Assembly (NCBI GenBank): GCA_035289485.1
Contig: DATDXA010000004.1
Location: 1-29,836 of the forward strand
Reading direction: 5' to 3'
DNA length: 29,836 nucleotides
Source: an archaeon
Lineage (GTDB): Archaea; Iainarchaeota; Iainarchaeia; Iainarchaeales; Iainarchaeaceae
Every line of letters starts with the position of its first letter. Within the stretch, counting starts at the first letter, position 1. This document shows positions 16,880-24,696 of this stretch, in pieces. The position numbers and the translations under genes were made by a program. The notes beneath the pieces were generated by a model. It was given only the letters and a program-made list of their open reading frames with translations, made no database searches and was not told the origin of the DNA.

Positions 16880-18286
16880 ATGGCAAAAACATACATAAAC
16901 ACGGTCAAGTACCTTGTGAAAATAAAATTTGAAATAGACGGAATCGTTGATAAGCCAGACATTGTTGGCGCGATATTTGGGCAAAGCGAAGGGCTTCTCG
17001 GAGACGAGATGGATTTAAAGGAGCTGCAAAAAAACGGCAAGCTCGGAAGAATAGAAATAAATTTCACAACTTCAATGGGAAGAACAAAAGGCGAAATACT
17101 TGTGCCATCCTCAATGGACATGGCAGAGACCAGCCTGCTTGCAGCGGGAATTGAAAGTGTTGACAAGGTTGGCCCGTGCGAGGCAAAGCTTGAAATTCTT
17201 GATATTGAAGACACAAGAAATGACAAGAGAAAGGAAATCAAGGACAGGGCAAAGGAAATTCTAAAGCGCCTCATGGACAAGAATTCTCCGGATACGCAGT
17301 CCCTTAGCGAAGAGATTCGCGAGAATGCGAGGGCGGCAGACATTGAAGAGTTCGGCACGGATAAACTCCCTGCAGGCCCGGACATTGAAACGAGCGAGGA
17401 AATAATCGTTGTGGAAGGAAGGGCTGATGTAATCAACATGCTAAAAAATCAGATAAGAAATGTGATTGGCATGAACGGCTCGAACATTTCACAAACCATT
17501 GTGGACCTGAGCAAAAGAAAGCAGATAACCGCCTTCGTCGATGGCGACCGCGGCGGCTCGCTCAACGCGAGAAAACTCGCGCAGATGGCGCGCGTAGAGT
17601 TCATTGCAAAAGCCCCTGACGGAAAGGAAGTCGAAGAGCTTACAAGAAAAGAAATTCTCCAGTCGCTCAAAAAAAGGGTGAAGGCTTCTGAAGAGCTTGC
17701 AGAGGAGAGAAGCTTCAGGCCCCCTCAGAGAGAATTCGAGCACCCGCAAGGGCAAAGGCCCCCTTTTGAGAGAAGGGAAGGAGGCTTTAGAGGCCCGCCG
17801 AATATGGGAATGAATCCAAGAAGGCCTCCGATGAGGGACCACTCAAGAGTCCCGCCCATGAGAAGGGGGCCGCCATTTGAGAGGCACGGGAACGGAATGG
17901 GATTTGAAAGGCCCGCATTTGAAAGAACTCCATGGAGCCCTGAGAGAACACCTTTCGGAGAAAGTGGCCAGCCGCAAGTAAAGGCCGCACCTGCGGTATA
18001 TCTAAGCGCGCAAGAACAGGAATTGTTCAAGCCTATTTTTGAAGGGCTCAAGGGCTCGATGAAGGCGAAAATACTCGGCGCGGACAACGAAGTTCTAAAA
18101 GAAGTAAAGGTCAAGGACATTGTCGCGGAAATCGGGAAAGCTAAAAATCCGCAGGCAATAGTGCTTGATGGCGTAATCACAAAAAGGCTCGTTGATGCCG
18201 CGGAAAAAGCGGGCGCGAAATACGTGATAGGCGCAAGGAAAGGAAAAATTGAGGGAAATGAAAAAGTAAAAGCGGCAACACTTTAA
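16880..18286 (+). CDS. dnaG: Archaeal DnaG (Toprim, exosome-associated)
   Basis: VDKPDIVGAIFGQSEGLLG, IVVEGRADV, DGDRGG and GKEVEEL motifs; low-complexity insert before the C-terminal domain. Confidence 0.95.
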   Translation: MAKTYINTVKYLVKIKFEIDGIVDKPDIVGAIFGQSEGLLGDEMDLKELQKNGKLGRIEINFTTSMGRTKGEILVPSSMDMAETSLLAAGIESVDKVGPCEAKLEILDIEDTRNDKRKEIKDRAKEILKRLMDKNSPDTQSLSEEIRENARAADIEEFGTDKLPAGPDIETSEEIIVVEGRADVINMLKNQIRNVIGMNGSNISQTIVDLSKRKQITAFVDGDRGGSLNARKLAQMARVEFIAKAPDGKEVEELTRKEILQSLKKRVKASEELAEERSFRPPQREFEHPQGQRPPFERREGGFRGPPNMGMNPRRPPMRDHSRVPPMRRGPPFERHGNGMGFERPAFERTPWSPERTPFGESGQPQVKAAPAVYLSAQEQELFKPIFEGLKGSMKAKILGADNEVLKEVKVKDIVAEIGKAKNPQAIVLDGVITKRLVDAAEKAGAKYVIGARKGKIEGNEKVKAATL

Positions 18287-18294
18287 AGTTGCCG
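18273..18294. terminator. Hairpin between convergent genes
   Basis: CGGCAAC-actttaaa-GTTGCCG over the dnaG stop, followed by A/T tracts. Confidence 0.4.
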
Positions 18295-18336
18295 TAAAAT
18301 ATTTTTAATTAAATGAACCGTGGGTTTTCTTCGGTT

Positions 18337-18792
18337 TTATCTTTTTCTTTTATACGCGAACTTTGACTTTGGAAAATCCGGAAGGTCGCGAACTCTTTCC
18401 TCTATCGGTAGAATTATTTTATCGGTCCGGTAGAGCGTGTAGCCAACGAAGAATACCGCAAGCCACAAGAGCAGAGCGCCCATTGGGCCAAGAAGGCCGA
18501 TTGCGAACTGGCGCTGCGTGAGCAATGGGTGCTCAAGCCTTGTAACTATACCAGTTGATCGGTAGAGCGTATCGGCGCAGTTGCTGAACTGTGCCCTCTG
18601 GTCAGAGATGCTTTCATTTGTGTTTATTCCAAGAATGCATTTGTCATAATACTTCATGGTGTCCCATGAATCAAACATAGTAGAAGATGCCTGCACGAAA
18701 AGCAACGCAGTTGCAAACATTATGAATGCCCCAATAAGCTTTGGAAGATGAACATCGCTTCCTGCCACCCTGAAATAGAAAATCCTTCGCAC
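18337..18792 (-). CDS. Hypothetical two-TM membrane protein with a Cys-containing loop
   Basis: GTG start after a GGTGA RBS; two hydrophobic segments. Confidence 0.78.
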   Translation of the reverse strand: MRRIFYFRVAGSDVHLPKLIGAFIMFATALLFVQASSTMFDSWDTMKYYDKCILGINTNESISDQRAQFSNCADTLYRSTGIVTRLEHPLLTQRQFAIGLLGPMGALLLWLAVFFVGYTLYRTDKIILPIEERVRDLPDFPKSKFAYKRKR

Positions 18793-18864
18793 TCAAATCA
18801 CCGCAATCTAATACACTTCACCGATATTTAAACGTTTCCGCGAAGGGCTTCTGGGGAAGTGGAG

Positions 18865-18937
18865 TGGGCCGGGCAGGATTCGAACCTGCGACCACATCGA
18901 TGTAAACGATGTATCATAACCGCTAGACCACCGGCCC
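18865..18937 (-). tRNA. tRNA-Val(TAC)
   Basis: GGGCCGG acceptor stem, CATCG-TTTACAT-CGATG anticodon arm, GCAGG-TTCGAAT-CCTGC T arm; CCA not encoded. Confidence 0.96.
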
Positions 18938-19085
18938 GACCTTTTTCTTTTCGTTACACGAAAAGAAAAACATCGACGAAAAAGAAAAGTGTCTGGCTAA
19001 AAGCATCTGCACCATAATATTAAATAAAGAATAACAGGAAATTGGTAATAAAGCCTTTTAACGGCAAAAAACGGAGGATTTTACA

Positions 19086-19634
19086 ATGATTGTATTGGTT
19101 GTTGGCGCAATAGTAGTAATAGGGGCACTTTGGTTTGTACTCTCATACAACGGGTTTGTGCAGCTAAAAAACAGGATAGACAATTCCTGGAGCCAGATAG
19201 ATGTCCAGCTAAAGAGGCGCTTTGATCTGGTGCCAAACCTTATTGAAACCGTGAAGGGCTATGCAAAGCATGAGAAGGAAACGCTCAAGATGGTTACAGA
19301 GGCAAGGGCGGCAATAACAAAGGCAGGAAGCGGCAAGGACAAGATGGCGGCAGAGAACATGCTCACGGGAGCGCTCAAATCGCTTTTCGCGGTTTCTGAA
19401 AGCTATCCTGATTTGAAGGCAAATCAGAACTTTCTGATGCTCCAAGAAGAGCTTGCAGGAATCGAATCGAAAATCGCATACGCAAGGCAGTTCTACAATG
19501 ATACAGTGCTCTCATTCAACACCAAGGTTGAAACACTTCCAGACAGCATACTTGCCGGAATGTTTGGCTTTACAAAAAGGGAGTATTTCCAGATAGAAGA
19601 AGCAGCGCGAACGAATGTGAAAGTGCAGTTCTAA
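19086..19634 (+). CDS. lemA: LemA family protein
   Basis: N-terminal TM, WSQIDVQLKRRFDLVPNL, ESYPDLKANQNF and ARQFYND motifs. Confidence 0.96.
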   Translation: MIVLVVGAIVVIGALWFVLSYNGFVQLKNRIDNSWSQIDVQLKRRFDLVPNLIETVKGYAKHEKETLKMVTEARAAITKAGSGKDKMAAENMLTGALKSLFAVSESYPDLKANQNFLMLQEELAGIESKIAYARQFYNDTVLSFNTKVETLPDSILAGMFGFTKREYFQIEEAARTNVKVQF

Positions 19635-19691
19635 CTCCCGAAAAGCCTTTCGGGAGGAGGCGCCCTTTCTTCGCCTCGTGGCTCGAAAGGC
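19635..19691 (+). ncRNA. Putative structured RNA element, copy F (lemA-htpX intergenic)
   Basis: CTCCCGAA-aagcct-TTCGGGAG-GAGGCG-ccctttctt-CGCCTC-GTGGCTCGAAAGGC; homologous to copies A and B. Confidence 0.55.
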
Positions 19692-19719
19692 CTGAATTTT
19701 TGATTTCACAGGTGAACTC

Positions 19720-20601
19720 ATGTACGAACAGATTGAGGAGAACAAGAGAAACACAATAATACTGATAGCACTCTTTGCAGTGATTATCACCGCGCTTTCG
19801 TGGGTTCTTGGAGAGTTCGTGCTGGGGTTTGGCTTTGGCGGGCTGTTTTTTGGCGGAATATTTGTAATTTTCTACGCGCTCATAAGCTACTTTTTTTCAT
19901 CGAACATAGTGCTTGCAATCAGCGGGGCGCGCGAAGTGAAAAAAGAGGAATACCCATATCTTTTCAACATCATAGACGGGCTCTCAATTGCAGCAGGAAT
20001 TCCAAAACCCAAAGCATATATTATCAATGACACCGCGCTCAATGCGTTTGCCACCGGAAGAGACCCAGAGCATGGTATAGTTGTTTTCACAACCGGAATT
20101 TTGCAAAAGCTTGACAGGCAAGAGCTTGAAGGAGTGGTTGCGCACGAGATGAGCCATATAAAAAATTATGATATCAGGCTGCAGACTGTGATTACTGTTC
20201 TCATCGGGGTTACTGCGCTTCTTAGCGACATACTTTTGCGCAGCATGCTGTGGGGAAAGAATGACAATCGAGATTCTAAAATCGGCATTGCAATGCTGAT
20301 TGGGGGAATTCTTCTTGCAATCCTAACGCCAATAATAGCCCAGGTGATAAGGCTTGCGGTTTCAAGGCAGCGCGAATACCTCGCGGACGCTTCCGCCGCG
20401 CTAATGACGCGAAATCCTGACGGGCTTGCAAGCGCACTTGAAAAAATCGGGGGGGACAGGGAAGTTCTCGAGGCCGCAAACAAGGCAACCGCACATTTGT
20501 ATATTGACAACCCGCTCAAGAACAGAAAAGGCCTAATGGACGGGATGTTCTCAACGCACCCTCCAATAGCAGAAAGGGTTGCAAGGCTTCGCAAGATGTA
20601 A
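19720..20601 (+). CDS. htpX: HtpX-like M48 zinc metalloprotease
   Basis: NAFATG, HEMSH, SRQREYLAD and FSTHP motifs; AGGTGA RBS; typical lemA-htpX pairing. Confidence 0.96.
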   Translation: MYEQIEENKRNTIILIALFAVIITALSWVLGEFVLGFGFGGLFFGGIFVIFYALISYFFSSNIVLAISGAREVKKEEYPYLFNIIDGLSIAAGIPKPKAYIINDTALNAFATGRDPEHGIVVFTTGILQKLDRQELEGVVAHEMSHIKNYDIRLQTVITVLIGVTALLSDILLRSMLWGKNDNRDSKIGIAMLIGGILLAILTPIIAQVIRLAVSRQREYLADASAALMTRNPDGLASALEKIGGDREVLEAANKATAHLYIDNPLKNRKGLMDGMFSTHPPIAERVARLRKM

Positions 20602-20687
20602 GAGGCAAACAAATTGTCTTTGAAAGCATTTGCCAAATCCCCCGTTTAATTAGGTTTTAAAGGGTTTGCCAAAAGATTTGTTTGCAA

Positions 20688-20760
20688 GCGACCGTTGTCT
20701 AATGGTTCATGATTCGTCCTTGCCAAGGACGGGGTCCGGGTTCGATTCCCGGCGGTCGCA
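20688..20760 (+). tRNA. tRNA-Gly(GCC)
   Basis: GCGACCG/CGGTCGC acceptor, CGTCC-TTGCCAA-GGACG anticodon arm, CCGGG-TTCGATT-CCCGG T arm. Confidence 0.96.
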
Positions 20761-20769
20761 ATCCGATTT

Positions 20770-21390
20770 TCACAAATTAAGCTTGGCTGCTAGTGCCGTG
20801 GCGATTTCACGCGAAACTGATTTTTTTGGCCTTGAAGCGTCAATGAAAATTATTTCTTCTTTCTGGAAAATTTCCTTAAGGCTTAGAAACCCCATGCGCA
20901 CCTTTTCCATGAAAGCGCGCTGCTCGAACACTTCGGTTTTTGTCCTGCGCGCGATGCGCTTTAGCGCATCATCCACAGGAAGGTCCAGAATGAAAACCAA
21001 ATCAGGAACACTCATCCCTGAGTGCAGCGAGCGGATTTTTTCGAGCGGAATTCCCTGAATCGATTGGTATACAAAAGTGCTGTACTTGAAGCGGTCGCAG
21101 AGAACAATCTTTCCCGCGGCGAGCGCCGGAGTTATTTCCTTTTCAAGATGCTCTTTTCTGTCCGCAACATATAGGTCGAGGAACTGCTTTGCGCTAAGCG
21201 AGGGGTCTATCTGGGCGCTTAGAAGCTCACGGACCTTTTTGCCAAAATACCCATGAGTAGGCTCGGCGGTTGTGAAAATCCTCTCAGGCGCAACCCCTTT
21301 TTCCAGAAGGAACCTGTGCGCCTCCTTAACCATCGTGCCTTTTCCAGAGCCGTCAAGGCCGTCGAATACTGCGAAAAAACCTTTTGCCAA
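20770..21390 (-). CDS. tmk: Thymidylate kinase
   Basis: DGLDGSGKGT P-loop, EPT, ADRKEH, CDRF..S..YQ and PDL motifs. Confidence 0.94.
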   Translation of the reverse strand: MAKGFFAVFDGLDGSGKGTMVKEAHRFLLEKGVAPERIFTTAEPTHGYFGKKVRELLSAQIDPSLSAKQFLDLYVADRKEHLEKEITPALAAGKIVLCDRFKYSTFVYQSIQGIPLEKIRSLHSGMSVPDLVFILDLPVDDALKRIARRTKTEVFEQRAFMEKVRMGFLSLKEIFQKEEIIFIDASRPKKSVSREIATALAAKLNL

Positions 21391-21454
21391 CTTACCGCCG
21401 ATTATAAGGAGGAATGCTCAATTTTAAAACATTGCCGAGCCCCTAATTAGTCAG

Positions 21455-21526
21455 GCACCTGTAGTGTAGGGGTTAACATGCGAGCCTTCCAAGCTTGCGT
21501 CCCGGGTTCAAATCCCGGCGGGTGCA
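21455..21526 (+). tRNA. tRNA-Gly(TCC)
   Basis: GCACCTG/CGGGTGC acceptor, CGAGC-CTTCCAA-GCTTG anticodon arm, CCGGG-TTCAAAT-CCCGG T arm. Confidence 0.96.
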
Positions 21527-21649
21527 CTTCCCCAAACTGCACTTGCCATGCTTGGCACCTTCGGTCGGGAGAGAGCAGACTTGCCCATTCTTGCGAATGG
21601 GCAGAGGCATTGCATCTGTTTTTAATTTCCTCAAGCGCAAATTCTTCAC

Positions 21650-21994
21650 ATGAAGCACATCAAATTGCAAGAACTGGGCCTTGAGAGAATTTACAGGCTC
21701 TTTGAACTTGCTGAAGCGGAATTTTCTCTGCATCCTGAACGGAGCAAAAGATATGTGCAGCTCTCGCTTGAGATTTCCAAAAAGGTGCGCGCGCGCATTC
21801 CAGACGAGCTTAAAACCAAATTCTGCAAAAAATGCTTCGCGTTTCTAGCGAATGGGAAAAATGCAGCAATAACAAAAAACGGGACTATTACAAATGTAAA
21901 ATGCCTCGAATGCTTTCATGAGAGAAAAAGCGGAAGAAAAATTCTAATACAGGGAACCGAACGAAAACGCAGCGGCAAACAAACGAATAAATAA
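21650..21994 (+). CDS. rnp4: RNase P protein component 4 (Rpp21)
   Basis: ERIYRLFELA, RYV, FCKKC...CLEC zinc motif; conserved position upstream of rps19e. Confidence 0.9.
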   Translation: MKHIKLQELGLERIYRLFELAEAEFSLHPERSKRYVQLSLEISKKVRARIPDELKTKFCKKCFAFLANGKNAAITKNGTITNVKCLECFHERKSGRKILIQGTERKRSGKQTNK

Positions 21995-22018
21995 AGGAAA
22001 AAGCCTTATTCTGGCACC

Positions 22019-22783
22019 ATGCAAAAGGCACAGGGCGCTTTGGAATATCTAATGCTTCTTGGCGGGGCAATAGTGATTGCGGCAATAGTTATAGCAATCA
22101 TACTTGGGCTTGGCTCGACGCAGTCAAGCGTTGCGCAGAACGCGGCATACCAGGCAGCGGTAAAACAGCTTTCGGCCCTAAGTGGCGTTGACCTTGCCGC
22201 GCTGCAGGCATGGTACCCGTTTGATGGAACCTATTTTGACACTTCTGGAAAAGGGAACCACGGGATACCTTATAGTGGGGCGACGTTTGTGCAGGGTAAA
22301 AACTGGCAGGGGGTTTATGACCCGAGCGCTTCTGCGTATGTAGGAGTAAAGCCGGAAGCGTTCAATGGGCTTGGGGATTTTACGATGATGCTCTGGTTTA
22401 ATGGAACTATTAATGGTAGCCCAAATGTAATACGCGGAAGTTTGGTTGGAAGCAACAAAATAGTTCTGATTCCGTACATAGGAAGCTCAAATATACACAC
22501 GTCCCTTTATCCTGGCCCAGGAAGCACGGAACTCGATTTTTCCACTCCCAGCATCAGTACAAATATGTGGCATCATGTGGCATGGGTTAGAAGCGCGGGG
22601 TTTCAGACAGTATATTATGATTGCGTGCCAAAAAACCCTGTAGGCGGCCAGACACCTAATTCGGGGGTAATCTCCATTGATACCGCAAAAATCGGCCAGT
22701 TCAATAGCGGCACAATCGACGATGTTTTGATAATAGGCAGGGCATTGCAAGAATGGGAAATCAAGGCGCTTGCGAAATGCTAA
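22019..22783 (+). CDS. Class III (pilin-like) signal peptide protein with a LamG/concanavalin A-like domain
   Basis: KAQGALEYLMLLGG plus hydrophobic helix; AWYPFDG...DTSGKGNHG, WHHVAWV and GTIDDVLI..RAL motifs. Confidence 0.85.
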   Translation: MQKAQGALEYLMLLGGAIVIAAIVIAIILGLGSTQSSVAQNAAYQAAVKQLSALSGVDLAALQAWYPFDGTYFDTSGKGNHGIPYSGATFVQGKNWQGVYDPSASAYVGVKPEAFNGLGDFTMMLWFNGTINGSPNVIRGSLVGSNKIVLIPYIGSSNIHTSLYPGPGSTELDFSTPSISTNMWHHVAWVRSAGFQTVYYDCVPKNPVGGQTPNSGVISIDTAKIGQFNSGTIDDVLIIGRALQEWEIKALAKC

Positions 22784-22984
22784 CCCCCAATCTGCCGCGG
22801 GTCGGGGCTCGCGAAAACCAACCTTTAAAAAGATTCCTTGGGAAGAGTTGATACTTCTAATTCTTTGAATTGGGAGTTTTTCTGGCAATTCGCTAAGCGA
22901 ACCTGACTGGAATCAAACACTCCGACTTTCTCCGAAAGGAGGCAAAAAAGGCGGAATCCAAAAAAAATCAAAAAGGTGTACTGA

Positions 22985-23677
22985 ATGGGAATTTATGATG
23001 TGCCTGCTGGAATGCTTATCGAAGAGGCCGCAAAGGACTTCAAAACAAGGGTAAAAAAGCCCGCGTTCACAGATTATGTAAAAACAGGCTCGCACAAGGA
23101 AAGGGTGCCAAATAACCCTGACTGGTTTTTTACAAGAATGGGAGCCGTGCTCTACAGAACATACAAGGAAGGAAACCTTGGCACTGGAAGGCTCCGCACT
23201 TATTTTGGTGGAAGGAAAAACCGCGGAGTGAAACCTGAGAAGAAAGCGAAGGCCTCCGGAAAAATACTTCGCACATGCCTTCAGATGCTTGAAAAAGAGG
23301 GGCTTGTAAAGAAGGACAAGAAAGGGAGAAAAGTTACCCCTAAGGGAGAAAAGTTTTTGTTTGAAAAATCGAAAATAGTGCAGGTTGTTTTTAATGAAAG
23401 CCTCAAAAAGAAGAAAATAAGCGCTGATGAGGACGCGCAAAAGAGGATTGCAAACAGAAAGGCCGCAGAGCAGAAAGCGCAGGCGGCTCCGGCAGTGCCT
23501 GCCCAGAAAGGAATGAAGCCGATGGCACCGCAAGGAGTGCCGAATGCAAATGCGCAGCATCATAGCTCGCAGCAGGCACAGAAAGCGCAGGATGGAGCGC
23601 ACGCTCAGGCGCAGGGAAACGCGCCGCAGCACAAGCATGACGATGGAAGAGGAAGAACTGAGGCAAAAAAAGCTTGA
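22985..23677 (+). CDS. rps19e: 30S ribosomal protein S19e with a long C-terminal extension
   Basis: VKTGSHKERVP, DWFFTR, YFGGRK and GRKVTPKG motifs. Confidence 0.96.
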   Translation: MGIYDVPAGMLIEEAAKDFKTRVKKPAFTDYVKTGSHKERVPNNPDWFFTRMGAVLYRTYKEGNLGTGRLRTYFGGRKNRGVKPEKKAKASGKILRTCLQMLEKEGLVKKDKKGRKVTPKGEKFLFEKSKIVQVVFNESLKKKKISADEDAQKRIANRKAAEQKAQAAPAVPAQKGMKPMAPQGVPNANAQHHSSQQAQKAQDGAHAQAQGNAPQHKHDDGRGRTEAKKA

Positions 23678-23966
23678 GGAATTGCAGCAGCAATACTCAA
23701 GGCAAAAGGAGGATGAAGAGAAAAAGGCCCAAGCGGAAAGCAAAATGCAGTCTCTTTTGAACAGGGTTCTGGACGAGAACGCAAGGCAAAGGCTTGCAAA
23801 TGTCCGGCTCGTGAACAGGGAGCTTCATATGAAGGCTTTCCAGGCAATAATGTCGCTTATGCAAAAAGGATATGTTGAGGGCAAACTCACTGATGAACAG
23901 GTAAAGGAAATCCTGCGGCAACTTAGCGAAAAACGCGAAACGAAAATTGATTTTCAAAGGAAATGA
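23643..23966 (+). CDS. PDCD5-like DNA-binding protein
   Basis: EEELRQKKLEELQ, LDENARQRLANVRLV and LTDEQVKEIL; start ATG 23637 or 23643, overlapping the end of rps19e. Confidence 0.9.
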   Translation: MEEEELRQKKLEELQQQYSRQKEDEEKKAQAESKMQSLLNRVLDENARQRLANVRLVNRELHMKAFQAIMSLMQKGYVEGKLTDEQVKEILRQLSEKRETKIDFQRK

Positions 23967-24241
23967 TTTTTATGGGAAGAAAAGACAGGGAAGAAAAGGA
24001 ATTCCTCATATCGACGAGGAAAAAAATCGGGCCGGGCTCTACAAACGCGCCCGTGTGGATACTTAGAAAGGCGGGAAAGAGAATCTGGAACAAGAAGGCA
24101 AAGAGGCACTGGAGAGAGACAGATTTTGGATTTCTATTTAAGAAAAAGCAGCGCGAACAGGGAAAAATCAAGAACATAAAGCACCGCAAGAGCGGAAGGA
24201 AAAACAAGAGCAGGATGTTTAAGACAAAAAGGGTGCAATGA
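23963..24241 (+). CDS. rpl39e: 50S ribosomal protein L39e with a basic C-terminal extension
   Basis: NAPVWILRK...KRHWR and conserved operon position; start may be ATG 23972. Confidence 0.85.
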   Translation: MIFMGRKDREEKEFLISTRKKIGPGSTNAPVWILRKAGKRIWNKKAKRHWRETDFGFLFKKKQREQGKIKNIKHRKSGRKNKSRMFKTKRVQ

Positions 24242-24678
24242 ACATGAAAAGCGAACAGGCAAACTACGTGATACCGCTTGACAAGGCGTTCTCATTCCCG
24301 CCAAAGAAAAGGGTGACCAAGGCGCTAGCGGTTGTAAAGGCGTTTGTGAAAAAGCACACAAGGTTTAATGAACTGAGCGTGAGCATGGAAGTAAATGAAT
24401 TTTTGCACCTTCACTCAAAGAACATACCAAAGAGAATAGATGCGACACTTCTAAAGGATGGCGGCAAAATAATTGTATTTATGCGCGAAGGAAAGCAGCT
24501 TGCGCAGTACCAGACGAAAAAGGAAGCAGAAAAGAAAAAGAAAGAGCAGAAAAAAGAGGAAAAGAAGGATTCAAAAGAAAAGAAAGAAGAGGCCGAAGAA
24601 AAAAAGCAAAAGCTTGAAGACAAGAAAGAGAAAGAAGACGCGGCAAAGGCTGCCGGAATAAAAAGAGGCACGGCTTAA
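24238..24678 (+). CDS. rpl31e: 50S ribosomal protein L31e with a K/E-rich tail
   Basis: YVIPL, KRVTKA..VKAFVKKH and VNEF...PKRI motifs. Confidence 0.9.
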   Translation: MNMKSEQANYVIPLDKAFSFPPKKRVTKALAVVKAFVKKHTRFNELSVSMEVNEFLHLHSKNIPKRIDATLLKDGGKIIVFMREGKQLAQYQTKKEAEKKKKEQKKEEKKDSKEKKEEAEEKKQKLEDKKEKEDAAKAAGIKRGTA

Positions 24679-24696
24679 AGCCTGCGGCGATTTGCA

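Noticed and set aside
20688..21526. tmk flanked by two tRNA-Gly genes as an integrated element
   Set aside because: The tRNAs are distinct full-length isoacceptors, not att duplications, and there is no integrase.
21527..21600. tRNA-associated theta (HDV-like) ribozyme
   Set aside because: No G1-initiated P1 and no P1.1 GG or J4/2 catalytic-C arrangement.
22913..23743. 276-aa minus-strand ORF and similar long antisense ORFs (12170-13021, 24732-25313)
   Set aside because: Shadows of well-supported plus-strand genes.
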